Positions 1 through 7,778 of a stretch of 23,079 nt of DNA are shown here, in pieces. The stretch is from Gemmatimonadota bacterium (GTDB lineage: Bacteria > Latescibacterota > UBA2968 > UBA8231), in assembly GCA_038153405.1 (NCBI GenBank), contig JAYOYH010000060.1, positions 1 through 23,079 of the forward strand. The letters run 5' to 3'. The number at the start of each line of letters is the position of its first letter. Positions within the stretch are counted from its first letter, which is position 1. The notes below the pieces were generated by a model. It had not been told where the DNA came from. It did no database searches and was given only the letters and a program-made list of their open reading frames with translations. The translations under genes were made by a program, and so were the position numbers.

Positions 1-1288
1 CGATGGTGCCGACGCAGCCGGAAAAGTAGATGCTGCCGGTGACATACATAAAGCGGAAAGCGGTTTCGGGCAGTTGGTAGAGCGCGCCAAAGATAGCCAG
101 AAAGGCGGCGAGGATGACGACGATGGCGCGCACCCAGTAGATCTCGCGTTCGCTCGAGAGCCCGCCCCAGGTGCCGTCTTCAGCTCGACCGCTACCCGAC
201 TTGGCCAGCATGGCTTTGATCGGCGAGATCACGTCGCGCACAATGACGCCGCTCCAGGCCAACAGATAGCTGTCGTGGGTCGACATGAAGGCGGCGAACA
301 TGCCCGCCATCATCAGCCCAGCGATGCCGATGGGCAAGATTTCGCCGAGCATCTGCGGCATGGCGTAGTGGGGGTGGAGGTCTGGGTTGGAGGTGGCGAA
401 ATAGGTCATCGCTGCGATGCCCCAGAACATCGGCACCATGGCGCGGCCCATGACGGTAGCGGCGGAAATCCAGAACACCCGCCGTGCGACCTTAGGACTT
501 TCGGCACTGAGGGGGCGCATCATTTCGGGTTGCCAGACTACGCCGACCAAGCCGACGCAAAATAAAAATAATATCATGGATATGCCGTAGCCCGGGTTGG
601 CGATGGGATCGAAGCCGAGGTCGCCATGCCGCGTCTGCACCGCCTGGACCATGTTGTCCCAGCCTAACTGCGGGTGAGTGAGAATGATATAGGTGCCAAA
701 GAAAAAGCCGGCGGCCAGCAGCACAAACTGCGCGAAGTCGGTCAGCACCACCGAGACCATGCCCCCCATAAGCGTGTAGAATACGACGATGACTAGCATC
801 ACTACCATCACGTAGTTGACGTATTCCTTGTCGAGACCAGTAAAGCCGACGACGAATTTACTGCCGAGGATGGGAAACAGCCCCATGTTGAGCGTGCCGG
901 CCAGGGTGAGAATGATGCCGCCCAACAGCCGCACGCCGCGCGTGTACTTGAGCTCGTAGAACTCGGGCACGGTCATTACTTGTAGATAGCGCAGGCGGCT
1001 GACGATAAAGCCGGTGCGGCCGATGATTAGGGTGGTGATCAGCGCCATAACGCCGAAGACAAAGGGCACAAAGCCGTAGTTGAATCCTTCTTCGGCCATG
1101 TACATGACGGTGACTAGCCCGAGACCGGTCGAAACCATGGTGGCGACGGCCATATGAGTCTTGAGGCCGCGACCGGCGACGAGAAAGTCGGAGATGCCCT
1201 TGATGGCGCCGCGGGCCATGGTACCAGCGAAGATGGTGCCGCCAATATATGCGAGCACGATAGCGTAATCAATCCAGCTCAGGTGCAT
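1..1288 (-). CDS. Sodium:solute symporter (SSS/SLC5) family protein, 3' end runs off the window
   Basis: Not in the ORF track; translated by hand. ATG at 1288 with AAAGGAGG RBS (1293-1300). Begins MHLSWIDYAIVLAYIGGTIFAGTMARGAIKGISDFLVAGRGL, the typical SSS N-terminus (D-Y...DF-x-V-A-G-R). The same frame reads as hydrophobic TM sequence at the left edge (REIYWVRAIVVILAAFLAIFG...GSIYFSGCVGTI). Confidence 0.9.
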   Translation of the reverse strand, partial: MHLSWIDYAIVLAYIGGTIFAGTMARGAIKGISDFLVAGRGLKTHMAVATMVSTGLGLVTVMYMAEEGFNYGFVPFVFGVMALITTLIIGRTGFIVSRLRYLQVMTVPEFYELKYTRGVRLLGGIILTLAGTLNMGLFPILGSKFVVGFTGLDKEYVNYVMVVMLVIVVFYTLMGGMVSVVLTDFAQFVLLAAGFFFGTYIILTHPQLGWDNMVQAVQTRHGDLGFDPIANPGYGISMILFLFCVGLVGVVWQPEMMRPLSAESPKVARRVFWISAATVMGRAMVPMFWGIAAMTYFATSNPDLHPHYAMPQMLGEILPIGIAGLMMAGMFAAFMSTHDSYLLAWSGVIVRDVISPIKAMLAKSGSGRAEDGTWGGLSSEREIYWVRAIVVILAAFLAIFGALYQLPETAFRFMYVTGSIYFSGCVGTI

Positions 1289-1316
1289 AGCGCCTCCTTT
1301 GTTGCGGGGTGCAGCT

Positions 1317-1345
1317 AATATACGACGTCGGCGAGGGCGTGTCAT
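1317..1345 (-). promoter_or_regulatory. Putative sigma70-type promoter for the SSS gene
   Basis: Minus strand reads ATGACA (1345-1340), 17-nt spacer, TATATT (1322-1317), about 30 nt upstream of the ATG. Confidence 0.55.
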
Positions 1346-1375
1346 TGCTTTTACGCCGGCTGGGAAATGAGTCCT

Positions 1376-1405
1376 TTGGTGTCGTAAACAAATGCGTCGT
1401 ATATT
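1376..1405 (+). promoter_or_regulatory. Putative sigma70-type promoter for the PhyH gene
   Basis: TTGGTG (1376-1381), 18-nt spacer, TATATT (1400-1405), upstream of GGAG and ATG 1442. Confidence 0.45.
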
Positions 1406-1441
1406 GTCGGGGCATATGAATAAACCGATGGAGCGACGGAC

Positions 1442-2419
1442 ATGAACGCATTGTCTAGCGAACAAATGGACTTTTTTTGGCGCGAGGGCTACCTCATGGT
1501 GCCCGACGTATTTGACCGCGATGATCTGATGCCGCTGCGCGACGAGCTAACGGGCGTTATCGATGCCAAGGCGCGGGAGCTTGTAGATGAAGGCAAGCTG
1601 AGCCGGCTCTACGACGAAGAGCCTTTCGAGCGCCGCCTGACGCGCATCTGGAACGAGTGCCCGGAAATCATGCAGCCGCTGACGGGCAAGGGCGGGGGCG
1701 GCTACAGCGGTGCCGAGTTGTTTCGCGTGATTACGCACCGCAAGATGCTGGCCTATATCGAGGATTTTGTCGGCCCGGAGATCGTCGGATCGTCCGTCTA
1801 TCGCATTCGTCCCAAGATTCCCTTTATGGACCGCGGCGTGGTGCCTTGGCATCAGGATTCGGGCTATTTCGAGCCGCACTGCGATCGCGATCTGATTGTG
1901 ACGGTGTGGATGCCGCTGGTCGACGCGACGCCGGAAAATGGCTGTCTGCAGGTGCTGCCGCGCGCGCATCAGGGGGGCGTGTATCGCCACTGGACGGACG
2001 GCCCCAACGGCTACCTAGCGATTGCCGACGAGGATCTGCCGCCGACGGGGGAACCGGTGACGGTGCCCGTGCCGCTGGGCGGGGTGCTCTTTATGGGCAA
2101 CTGCACGCCGCACTGCTCGACGCCGAACACGAGCGACGTCGTGCGCTGGAGCCTTGATTTGCGCTATCAGAACGCCGGCGTGCCCAACAACGTCGGCGAG
2201 TTGCCGGAAGATTTCACGCGCGAGCGGCCCACGCACGAGATTGCCTGCTATCCGCCGGAGGCCGACTTTGTCGTGCAGAGCCCGAGCGCGCCCGAGCGCG
2301 TGGTGAGCGATCCGGCGCGCTTTGATCAGATCCGTCAGCGCTATGAGCACACGCGACCGCAGGGGCCGCAGCGCGGCTGGGGCAACTACGCCGAGCGCAG
2401 TGCAATCGCAGAAAAATAG
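1442..2419 (+). CDS. Phytanoyl-CoA dioxygenase (PhyH) family Fe(II)/2-oxoglutarate-dependent dioxygenase
   Basis: N-terminal LSSEQMDFFWREGYL, HxD motif (VPWHQD), TVWMPLVDATPENGCLQVLP and distal His in TPHCSTPNTSDVVR are PhyH hallmarks. Confidence 0.9.
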   Translation: MNALSSEQMDFFWREGYLMVPDVFDRDDLMPLRDELTGVIDAKARELVDEGKLSRLYDEEPFERRLTRIWNECPEIMQPLTGKGGGGYSGAELFRVITHRKMLAYIEDFVGPEIVGSSVYRIRPKIPFMDRGVVPWHQDSGYFEPHCDRDLIVTVWMPLVDATPENGCLQVLPRAHQGGVYRHWTDGPNGYLAIADEDLPPTGEPVTVPVPLGGVLFMGNCTPHCSTPNTSDVVRWSLDLRYQNAGVPNNVGELPEDFTRERPTHEIACYPPEADFVVQSPSAPERVVSDPARFDQIRQRYEHTRPQGPQRGWGNYAERSAIAEK

Positions 2420-2421
2420 CG

Positions 2422-3126
2422 CTAGCGAATGGCGAAGAGCACCTCGACGTATATCGTTAAATCGACCTGACCCGACTCGACGGGAACAGCGGCTCCGGCC
2501 GCTTCGTCAAAGGCACCGCGCGCGTAGATGGGGTAGGAATTGGACGACTCGCGGATATCGAGCGCTTTGCCCAATTTTACGCCAGCGGCATCGGCCAGCG
2601 TCTGGGCGCGCTGGCGCGCGTCGGCTACCGCCAGCGCGCGCGCCTCACGGAGCAAGGCGTCGCTGTCCTCGATGGTAAAGCGCAGATCGTATACCGTATT
2701 GGCGCCGGCATCGAGGGCGGCCTGCAGCGCCGCGCCGAGTTGGGGCAGGCGGCGGAAGGTCACGCTGACGCGGTTGTCGACCCAATAGCCGACGATATCG
2801 CGCGTCTCCTTCTCGAAATCGTACTGTGGGCTGACGCTAAAGTTGGCCGTTTGGATATCGGCGTCGGCAATGCCCTGCGCCTTGAGGGCGGCAATGACAG
2901 TTTGCATGCGTGCATTATTGGCAGCCATCGCCTCTTCGAGATCGGCGGCAAAGGTCTGCACGCCCAGCTGCGCTAGGGCGATATCGGGTGCGGCGCTAAC
3001 GCTAGCCTGGCCCGATACGTGAATGCCTTCTGAATTCCCGTCCGTGGAGATGATCGCCTTGCTCCCGCAGGCCACTAGGCCGGTGCTCAGCAGGGTCAGC
3101 AGGGAAAGTAGCAAGGGCAGTGGCAT
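2422..3126 (-). CDS. SIMPL-domain (DUF541, YggE/BP26-like) lipoprotein
   Basis: Signal peptide with lipobox LVAC. Motifs IHVSGQASVSAAPDIA, DIQTANFSVSPQYD, GANTV and AVADARQRAQTLADAAGVKLG. AGGAG RBS upstream. Confidence 0.9.
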   Translation of the reverse strand: MPLPLLLSLLTLLSTGLVACGSKAIISTDGNSEGIHVSGQASVSAAPDIALAQLGVQTFAADLEEAMAANNARMQTVIAALKAQGIADADIQTANFSVSPQYDFEKETRDIVGYWVDNRVSVTFRRLPQLGAALQAALDAGANTVYDLRFTIEDSDALLREARALAVADARQRAQTLADAAGVKLGKALDIRESSNSYPIYARGAFDEAAGAAVPVESGQVDLTIYVEVLFAIR

Positions 3127-3207
3127 GGCGTACTCCTAGTTTTAGAATCTAAGCGAGCAGATGGTGGGCCAGCGCATCCGGAAGGCTGGCCGTTTCTGTA
3201 CTATATG

Positions 3208-3232
3208 GACGCGAATGCGCCGGCTTTGTTCC
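3208..3232 (-). promoter_or_regulatory. Putative ECF-sigma promoter upstream of the SIMPL gene
   Basis: Minus strand GGAAC (3232-3228), N16, CGTC (3211-3208), matching the AAC-N16-CGTC pattern of ECF promoters. Confidence 0.5.
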
Positions 3233-3263
3233 TAGCGGTGCGCGCACAGGTGCGAGAGCGAGT

Positions 3264-4703
3264 TTAGTAGCGATCTTCGCTGGTCGTTATCGGACACCAG
3301 CGCGCGGTGAATAGGGCATCGATTAACGCATCGCGCGCCGTCTGGTCGTCCATGCGGCTGAGCGCCAGATGGGCGTAAAAGCGGTTGTAGCGATCTTCGT
3401 CGGCAAGGACTGCGCGCAGGGCGGGCACGGCGTCCGGCGTGCTGACGCCGTGCTGGGCTAGCTGGGCCAGCGCCAGTGCGCTAACGCGGCGCACGCGCCG
3501 GTCGGCATCCCCCAGCGCACGCACTACGTCGGGCAGTGCACTGCCCGCGGTCTGGCCCATGCGACCGAGCGCCTCGGCGGCGTTGCGCCGCACCCACCAG
3601 TGCGCATCGCCGAGCAGGGTGATCAGATGGGGGACGGCGTCGGCCGCGGCGGGTCCCCACAGGCCGAGCACGTCGCAGAGGGCGGCCCGCACCAGCCAGT
3701 GCGCGTCGTCTAGAGCATCGATGAGCGCGGTCGTGCACTCGGGCCCAACCGCTTCGATGGCCTGTGCGGCGCGCAGGGCCGTCGGGTTGGTGCCGTGGGC
3801 GTTGTCCGGCGTCTTGTCTTCTATGCGGCTTTCGACAGCGCGCGCTTCGCGGCGCAGGCTCTCCAGCAGCGCGGGCAGCGCGTCCCGTCCGTGGTTGCCC
3901 AGCGCGTAGGCGGCGTTCAGACGCTCGCTCTCCGATCTGTTTTCTAACGTATGCAGCAGCGCTTGCACATCGCCGATTGCGTCGCCGGTTTCCGCGCGGC
4001 CGCACAGCCAGTTCCAGGTGTGTGCTTCGGCGGGCTGGGCCGCTTGCGCTAGCTGCCATCCGTCGTCTTCGTGCTGCCAGGATGGGCTGGGCGGCCACTG
4101 CATGCGGGCAAACTGGAATTTGAGCATATAGCGCTTGTTGACGCTGGTATTGGCCGTGGCGCGGTGCCAGGCATCAAAGTGCAGCAGCGTGACGGTGCCC
4201 GCCTCGCCGCACAGGGCTAGTGCTTCTTCTGTCGCCTGCGCTGCGTCGGGATGGGAGATGTGCTCCCAATTGTGCGTGCCGGGCAGAATCCCCGTCGGTC
4301 CCATATCTTCTGTTGTATCCTGCGGGTAGTACAGCGCCAAGATCCAATGGTAGCAAGGATGGCGCATATTGTGATCGAATACGTAGCAGTCCTTGTGCCA
4401 GGTCTGTCCCTTGCCGCCGGGTGGGTTGAGATGGCCGTGGCGGTGAGGGTTCATAATGTAACCCGGGCCGAGCAGGCTGGTCAGCGCGCCGGCGACGGCC
4501 GGATGGTCAAAGACCTGCTTGATCTGCGGCAGGCGCGGCAGAATATTGTTGCCGACGTTGCCCTCTTTTTCGAAGACCTCTTCGAGATCGTCGTAGATGA
4601 GTTGGTGAACGGGTTGGGCAAAGTCGGCTTTCACCTGCACGTAGCCATCGCGGATAAACTGCTGCATCTGGGCGTCGCCCAGCAGGGACTTGGGATCGGT
4701 CAT
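3264..4703 (-). CDS. PhyH-family dioxygenase domain fused to C-terminal HEAT (PBS-lyase-type) repeats
   Basis: Likely start ATG 4703 (MTDPKSLL) after GAGGAA; the track start at 4814 overlaps the neighbouring gene. Motifs QFIRDGY, TWHKD, DMGPTGILPGTH and WHRATAN. Repeats DAHWLVRAALCDVLG, DAHWWVRRNAAEALG, DADRRVRRVSALALA, DEDRYNRFYAHLAL. Confidence 0.85.
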   Translation of the reverse strand: MTDPKSLLGDAQMQQFIRDGYVQVKADFAQPVHQLIYDDLEEVFEKEGNVGNNILPRLPQIKQVFDHPAVAGALTSLLGPGYIMNPHRHGHLNPPGGKGQTWHKDCYVFDHNMRHPCYHWILALYYPQDTTEDMGPTGILPGTHNWEHISHPDAAQATEEALALCGEAGTVTLLHFDAWHRATANTSVNKRYMLKFQFARMQWPPSPSWQHEDDGWQLAQAAQPAEAHTWNWLCGRAETGDAIGDVQALLHTLENRSESERLNAAYALGNHGRDALPALLESLRREARAVESRIEDKTPDNAHGTNPTALRAAQAIEAVGPECTTALIDALDDAHWLVRAALCDVLGLWGPAAADAVPHLITLLGDAHWWVRRNAAEALGRMGQTAGSALPDVVRALGDADRRVRRVSALALAQLAQHGVSTPDAVPALRAVLADEDRYNRFYAHLALSRMDDQTARDALIDALFTARWCPITTSEDRY

Positions 4704-4734
4704 GGCGTTTTCCTCGTAGCGCATGGTGCGGGCA

Positions 4735-4763
4735 AAGATAGGCAGTTGAGCGAGGTGTTTCAA
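4735..4763 (-). promoter_or_regulatory. Putative sigma70-type promoter for the PhyH-HEAT gene
   Basis: Minus strand TTGAAA (4763-4758), 17-nt spacer, TATCTT (4740-4735), about 30 nt before ATG 4703. Confidence 0.55.
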
Positions 4764-4795
4764 GCAAGGGGTGTATTTATGTGGAAGAGTAGCCG

Positions 4796-6199
4796 TTGGG
4801 TGGATTGAATGCATCGGCGATGCATCGCGGTCGCCAATTGGGGTATGGCACAGCCGACCTAGGCATTGCCGCCGTTGAATCGATCGTACAGCTCTATCTG
4901 CTCAAGTTCTACAGCGAAGTGGTCGGCCTGTCGGCGGCCTGGGTCGGCCTCGCGCTGGCTACCGCCATGGTGTGGGATGCGATTTCCGACCCGCTGATGG
5001 GCGGCATATCCGATCGCACGTCGCACCGTGAGGGACGGCGCAGACCCTATTTTATCCCGGGAGCCATCCTCCTTTCGCTGACGTTTTACCTGCTCTTCAA
5101 CCCGCCTACGGCAGGCCATCAAGCGACGCTGTTTTTCTATTTGCTGTTTGCGTTCTTATTGCTCAATACGTCGATGACGCTGGTGGCCGTGCCCCATGCG
5201 GCGCTGGCCGGAGAGTTGAGCAGCGATCGCCACGAACGCAGCGCGCTCTTTGGTTTTAAGCGACTCTTTGCAACGCTGGGTGCGCTGCTTGGCCTAGTGT
5301 TGCCCGCCCTCGTGCTGGCCTACTGGGGGGAGCCAAACGATCCTGCCGCCATGGCGCGTGCGCGCAGCGTGGCCAGCGGCCTGCTGGCACCGGCCATCGT
5401 GGGCACGGCATGGCTCAGCTATCGTCTGACCCGCGGTCTGGATCGACCATCGCTCGACCGCGTGCAGTGGCAGTGGCGACTCTTTGCCAACCTGGTGTTG
5501 GAACAGCGCGAGGCGCTGCGCAATCCCCTTTTTCGCCTGCTCGTCATCGCCTTTGTCATCGCCGCCATCGGCCGCACGCTCAACGCATCCATTGCGCTCT
5601 ACTACTACGAGTATTTTCTCTTGCTCAGCGAGCAGGATGCCGTTGTCTGGGTTCTACTGCCCTTTTTCCTGAGCTTTATCGCCTCTGTGCCGATGTGGAT
5701 TTTCTTGGGCAAACGCTGGGGGAAGAAGCGGGCCGCACTGCTCGGCGTGCTGTCGCTGGGAGCGACGACGGCGCTGGTCTATCCGCTCTTTCCGCCGGGG
5801 AGCATTGCGCTGCCGCTGGCCTATTCGCTGTGTGGGGGCGTTATGGCTGGGGCGATCGTGCTGATGGATGCGCTCGTGGCCGACAGCATTGACTACGATC
5901 GCATCCGCGTGCGTCGCGCGCGCGAGGGACTCTACTTTGGCGTGTGGAAAATGAGCACCAAGGCGGCGCGTGCCCTAGGGCTGCTGCTGGCGGGGGTACT
6001 GCTCGACCTCATCGGCTTTCCCGAAGGAGGGGGCCCCGTTACAGAACAGGTGAGCTTTCGACTGGCGCTGCTGTTTGGGCCCGTGGTGGGCGTGCTCTTT
6101 ATGCTGGCAGGTGCCCTGCTGTGGTATTTGCCGCTGGACAATGCGCTGCACGATCGCATTCAGCGCATTGCCCGACGGCGCTGGCAGGGTAGAGATTAA
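4796..6199 (+). CDS. MFS transporter, glycoside-pentoside-hexuronide (GPH/MelB-like) family
   Basis: About 12 hydrophobic segments. Motifs WDAISDPLMGGISDRT...GRRRPY, VPHAALAGELS and ADSIDYD...REGLYFG. Start could be TTG 4796 or ATG 4820. Confidence 0.9.
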   Translation: MGGLNASAMHRGRQLGYGTADLGIAAVESIVQLYLLKFYSEVVGLSAAWVGLALATAMVWDAISDPLMGGISDRTSHREGRRRPYFIPGAILLSLTFYLLFNPPTAGHQATLFFYLLFAFLLLNTSMTLVAVPHAALAGELSSDRHERSALFGFKRLFATLGALLGLVLPALVLAYWGEPNDPAAMARARSVASGLLAPAIVGTAWLSYRLTRGLDRPSLDRVQWQWRLFANLVLEQREALRNPLFRLLVIAFVIAAIGRTLNASIALYYYEYFLLLSEQDAVVWVLLPFFLSFIASVPMWIFLGKRWGKKRAALLGVLSLGATTALVYPLFPPGSIALPLAYSLCGGVMAGAIVLMDALVADSIDYDRIRVRRAREGLYFGVWKMSTKAARALGLLLAGVLLDLIGFPEGGGPVTEQVSFRLALLFGPVVGVLFMLAGALLWYLPLDNALHDRIQRIARRRWQGRD

Positions 6200-6226
6200 A
6201 TCGCGTTGGAGCTGGCGTGCTCGGGT

Positions 6227-7684
6227 CTAACGGGCCGTGCCCGTCAGCCGGGGTCGCTTGCACTCGCCAAAGGAGACGTGATACTCCTCGTCGCATACGA
6301 TCGCGTCCCCGTTAAAGCGAAAGCGCAGCACGGAGGAATAGGGCGTTTCGCAGTAGTACATCTTGAGTGCATAGGTATCGTCGCTCTCCCAGGCGCCGCT
6401 GGCCGCCACTTGGCCCATGGTGCCCTGTTCGCTCAGCGCCCAGGTATTGCGGCCGACGGGAATACGGTAGTCGACTCCCCCCTTATGCATTGAGTAGACT
6501 GTTTCTGCACCAAATTCAAACGATACGGTTTCGATTGCGGAATGGGTGGTCTCTGGACCCAGTTCTAAAGCCCCCGCTTCGGGTGCGGTGTGATCCCTTT
6601 TCAGCGCGTACTGCGCGCCGCTGATCTTTTGGGTCAGCGGCGCGTCGAGACGGCCCTGCTGGGTTGGCAGCTGCAGCGCGGCTAGCTTGGCGCGCAGCGC
6701 GCCCTCTGCGGCTGTGTCGGCGCTGAGCGGTGCGTCTTCCATAGCCGGTAAGAGCTCTTCCCAGACTGCGTCGAGCACGGCCTGCATGTCTACGACGCCG
6801 CCGGTGATGGCTAGCACGGCATCCTGTTCCGGCATGACGAGACCGTATTGGCCAAAGGCGCCGTCGCCGCGGTAGATGTTGTGGCGGCAGCGCCAAAACT
6901 GGTAGCCGTATCCCTGTTCCCAGTCGCTGTGCGGATTGGAGCCGTTGGACGTTTGGCGCGAAGAGGCGGCATCGACCCACTGTTCGGAAACGATGCGTTC
7001 TTCCTCCCAAACGCCTCTCTGCAGGTAGAGCTGGCCAAAGCGAGCGATGTCTTCTGTCGTCACGTTCAGGCCCCAGCCGCCTGTGTCAATGCCCTCTGGA
7101 CTCTGCTCCCAGGTGGGGTGTTCAATGCCCAGCTTGTCAAAGAGGCGCGGACGCAGGTAGTCGATAAGCCGCTGTCCCGTCGTTCTCTGCAGAATAGCCG
7201 AGAGCATATAGGTGGCACCGGAGTTATAGACAAAGTGCGTGCCCGGCTTGTGTTCGACGTCTAGGTGGAGAAAGGTGCGGCTCCAGCGGCTATCCCCGCC
7301 GACAAATAGGCGGTATACGGTGTCGTCTTGGTGACCGCTGTTCATGGCGAGCAGATCGCGGATGCGCATGGCCTGCAGGTTGGCACTTGGTTCGGCGGGT
7401 AGATCGTCCTCGTCAAAAAAAGAGACGACGGTATCGTCGAGGCTGAGCCGGCTTTCGGCAATGGCCAGACCAATGGCCGTCGAGGTAAAGCTCTTGCTGA
7501 GCGAATAAAGTTTGTGGGGCGTCTTCGGGGCATAAGGCGTCCACCAGCCCTCGGCGACTACGTGGCCGTGGCACAGCAGCATAACGCTGTGCAGTGCATC
7601 AATCGTGCGTTCGCTGCGTTCGACAAACTCTAATATGGCGCGGGAGGAAATGCCCTGTGCTTCGGGCGTGCTACGAGGCAGCAT
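6227..7684 (-). CDS. Serine hydrolase, beta-lactamase class C/esterase-like family
   Basis: SxxK (YSLSKS), YxN (FVYNS), LPRSTPEAQG N-terminus, YGYQFW...RGDGAFGQ. AGGAG RBS. No signal peptide. Confidence 0.9.
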   Translation of the reverse strand: MLPRSTPEAQGISSRAILEFVERSERTIDALHSVMLLCHGHVVAEGWWTPYAPKTPHKLYSLSKSFTSTAIGLAIAESRLSLDDTVVSFFDEDDLPAEPSANLQAMRIRDLLAMNSGHQDDTVYRLFVGGDSRWSRTFLHLDVEHKPGTHFVYNSGATYMLSAILQRTTGQRLIDYLRPRLFDKLGIEHPTWEQSPEGIDTGGWGLNVTTEDIARFGQLYLQRGVWEEERIVSEQWVDAASSRQTSNGSNPHSDWEQGYGYQFWRCRHNIYRGDGAFGQYGLVMPEQDAVLAITGGVVDMQAVLDAVWEELLPAMEDAPLSADTAAEGALRAKLAALQLPTQQGRLDAPLTQKISGAQYALKRDHTAPEAGALELGPETTHSAIETVSFEFGAETVYSMHKGGVDYRIPVGRNTWALSEQGTMGQVAASGAWESDDTYALKMYYCETPYSSVLRFRFNGDAIVCDEEYHVSFGECKRPRLTGTAR

Positions 7685-7710
7685 GGTGGAATTCTCCTAA
7701 GTGTGTAAAT

Positions 7711-7746
7711 ACGCGTCTGGCCCCCACTTGGGAGGGCCAGACGCGT
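7711..7746. terminator. Strong intergenic stem-loop (terminator, attenuator or mRNA stabiliser)
   Basis: Perfect 13-bp inverted repeat ACGCGTCTGGCCC (7711-7723) / GGGCCAGACGCGT (7734-7746). On the minus strand it is followed by ATTTAC, only a weak U tract. Confidence 0.55.
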
Positions 7747-7778
7747 TAGATAGACTGCTGTAAGAGTGCCGTTGGGAT

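Noticed and set aside
74..565. 163-aa plus-strand ORF
   Set aside because: Antisense shadow of the SSS transporter gene.
3267..3399. 13-bp direct repeat GTAGCGATCTTCG (encoding EDRY twice)
   Set aside because: Short, inside a repeat-protein CDS, and without flanking mobile-element features.
4704..4814. Upstream extension of the PhyH-HEAT ORF
   Set aside because: Covers its own predicted promoter and overlaps the MFS start; a good RBS precedes ATG 4703.
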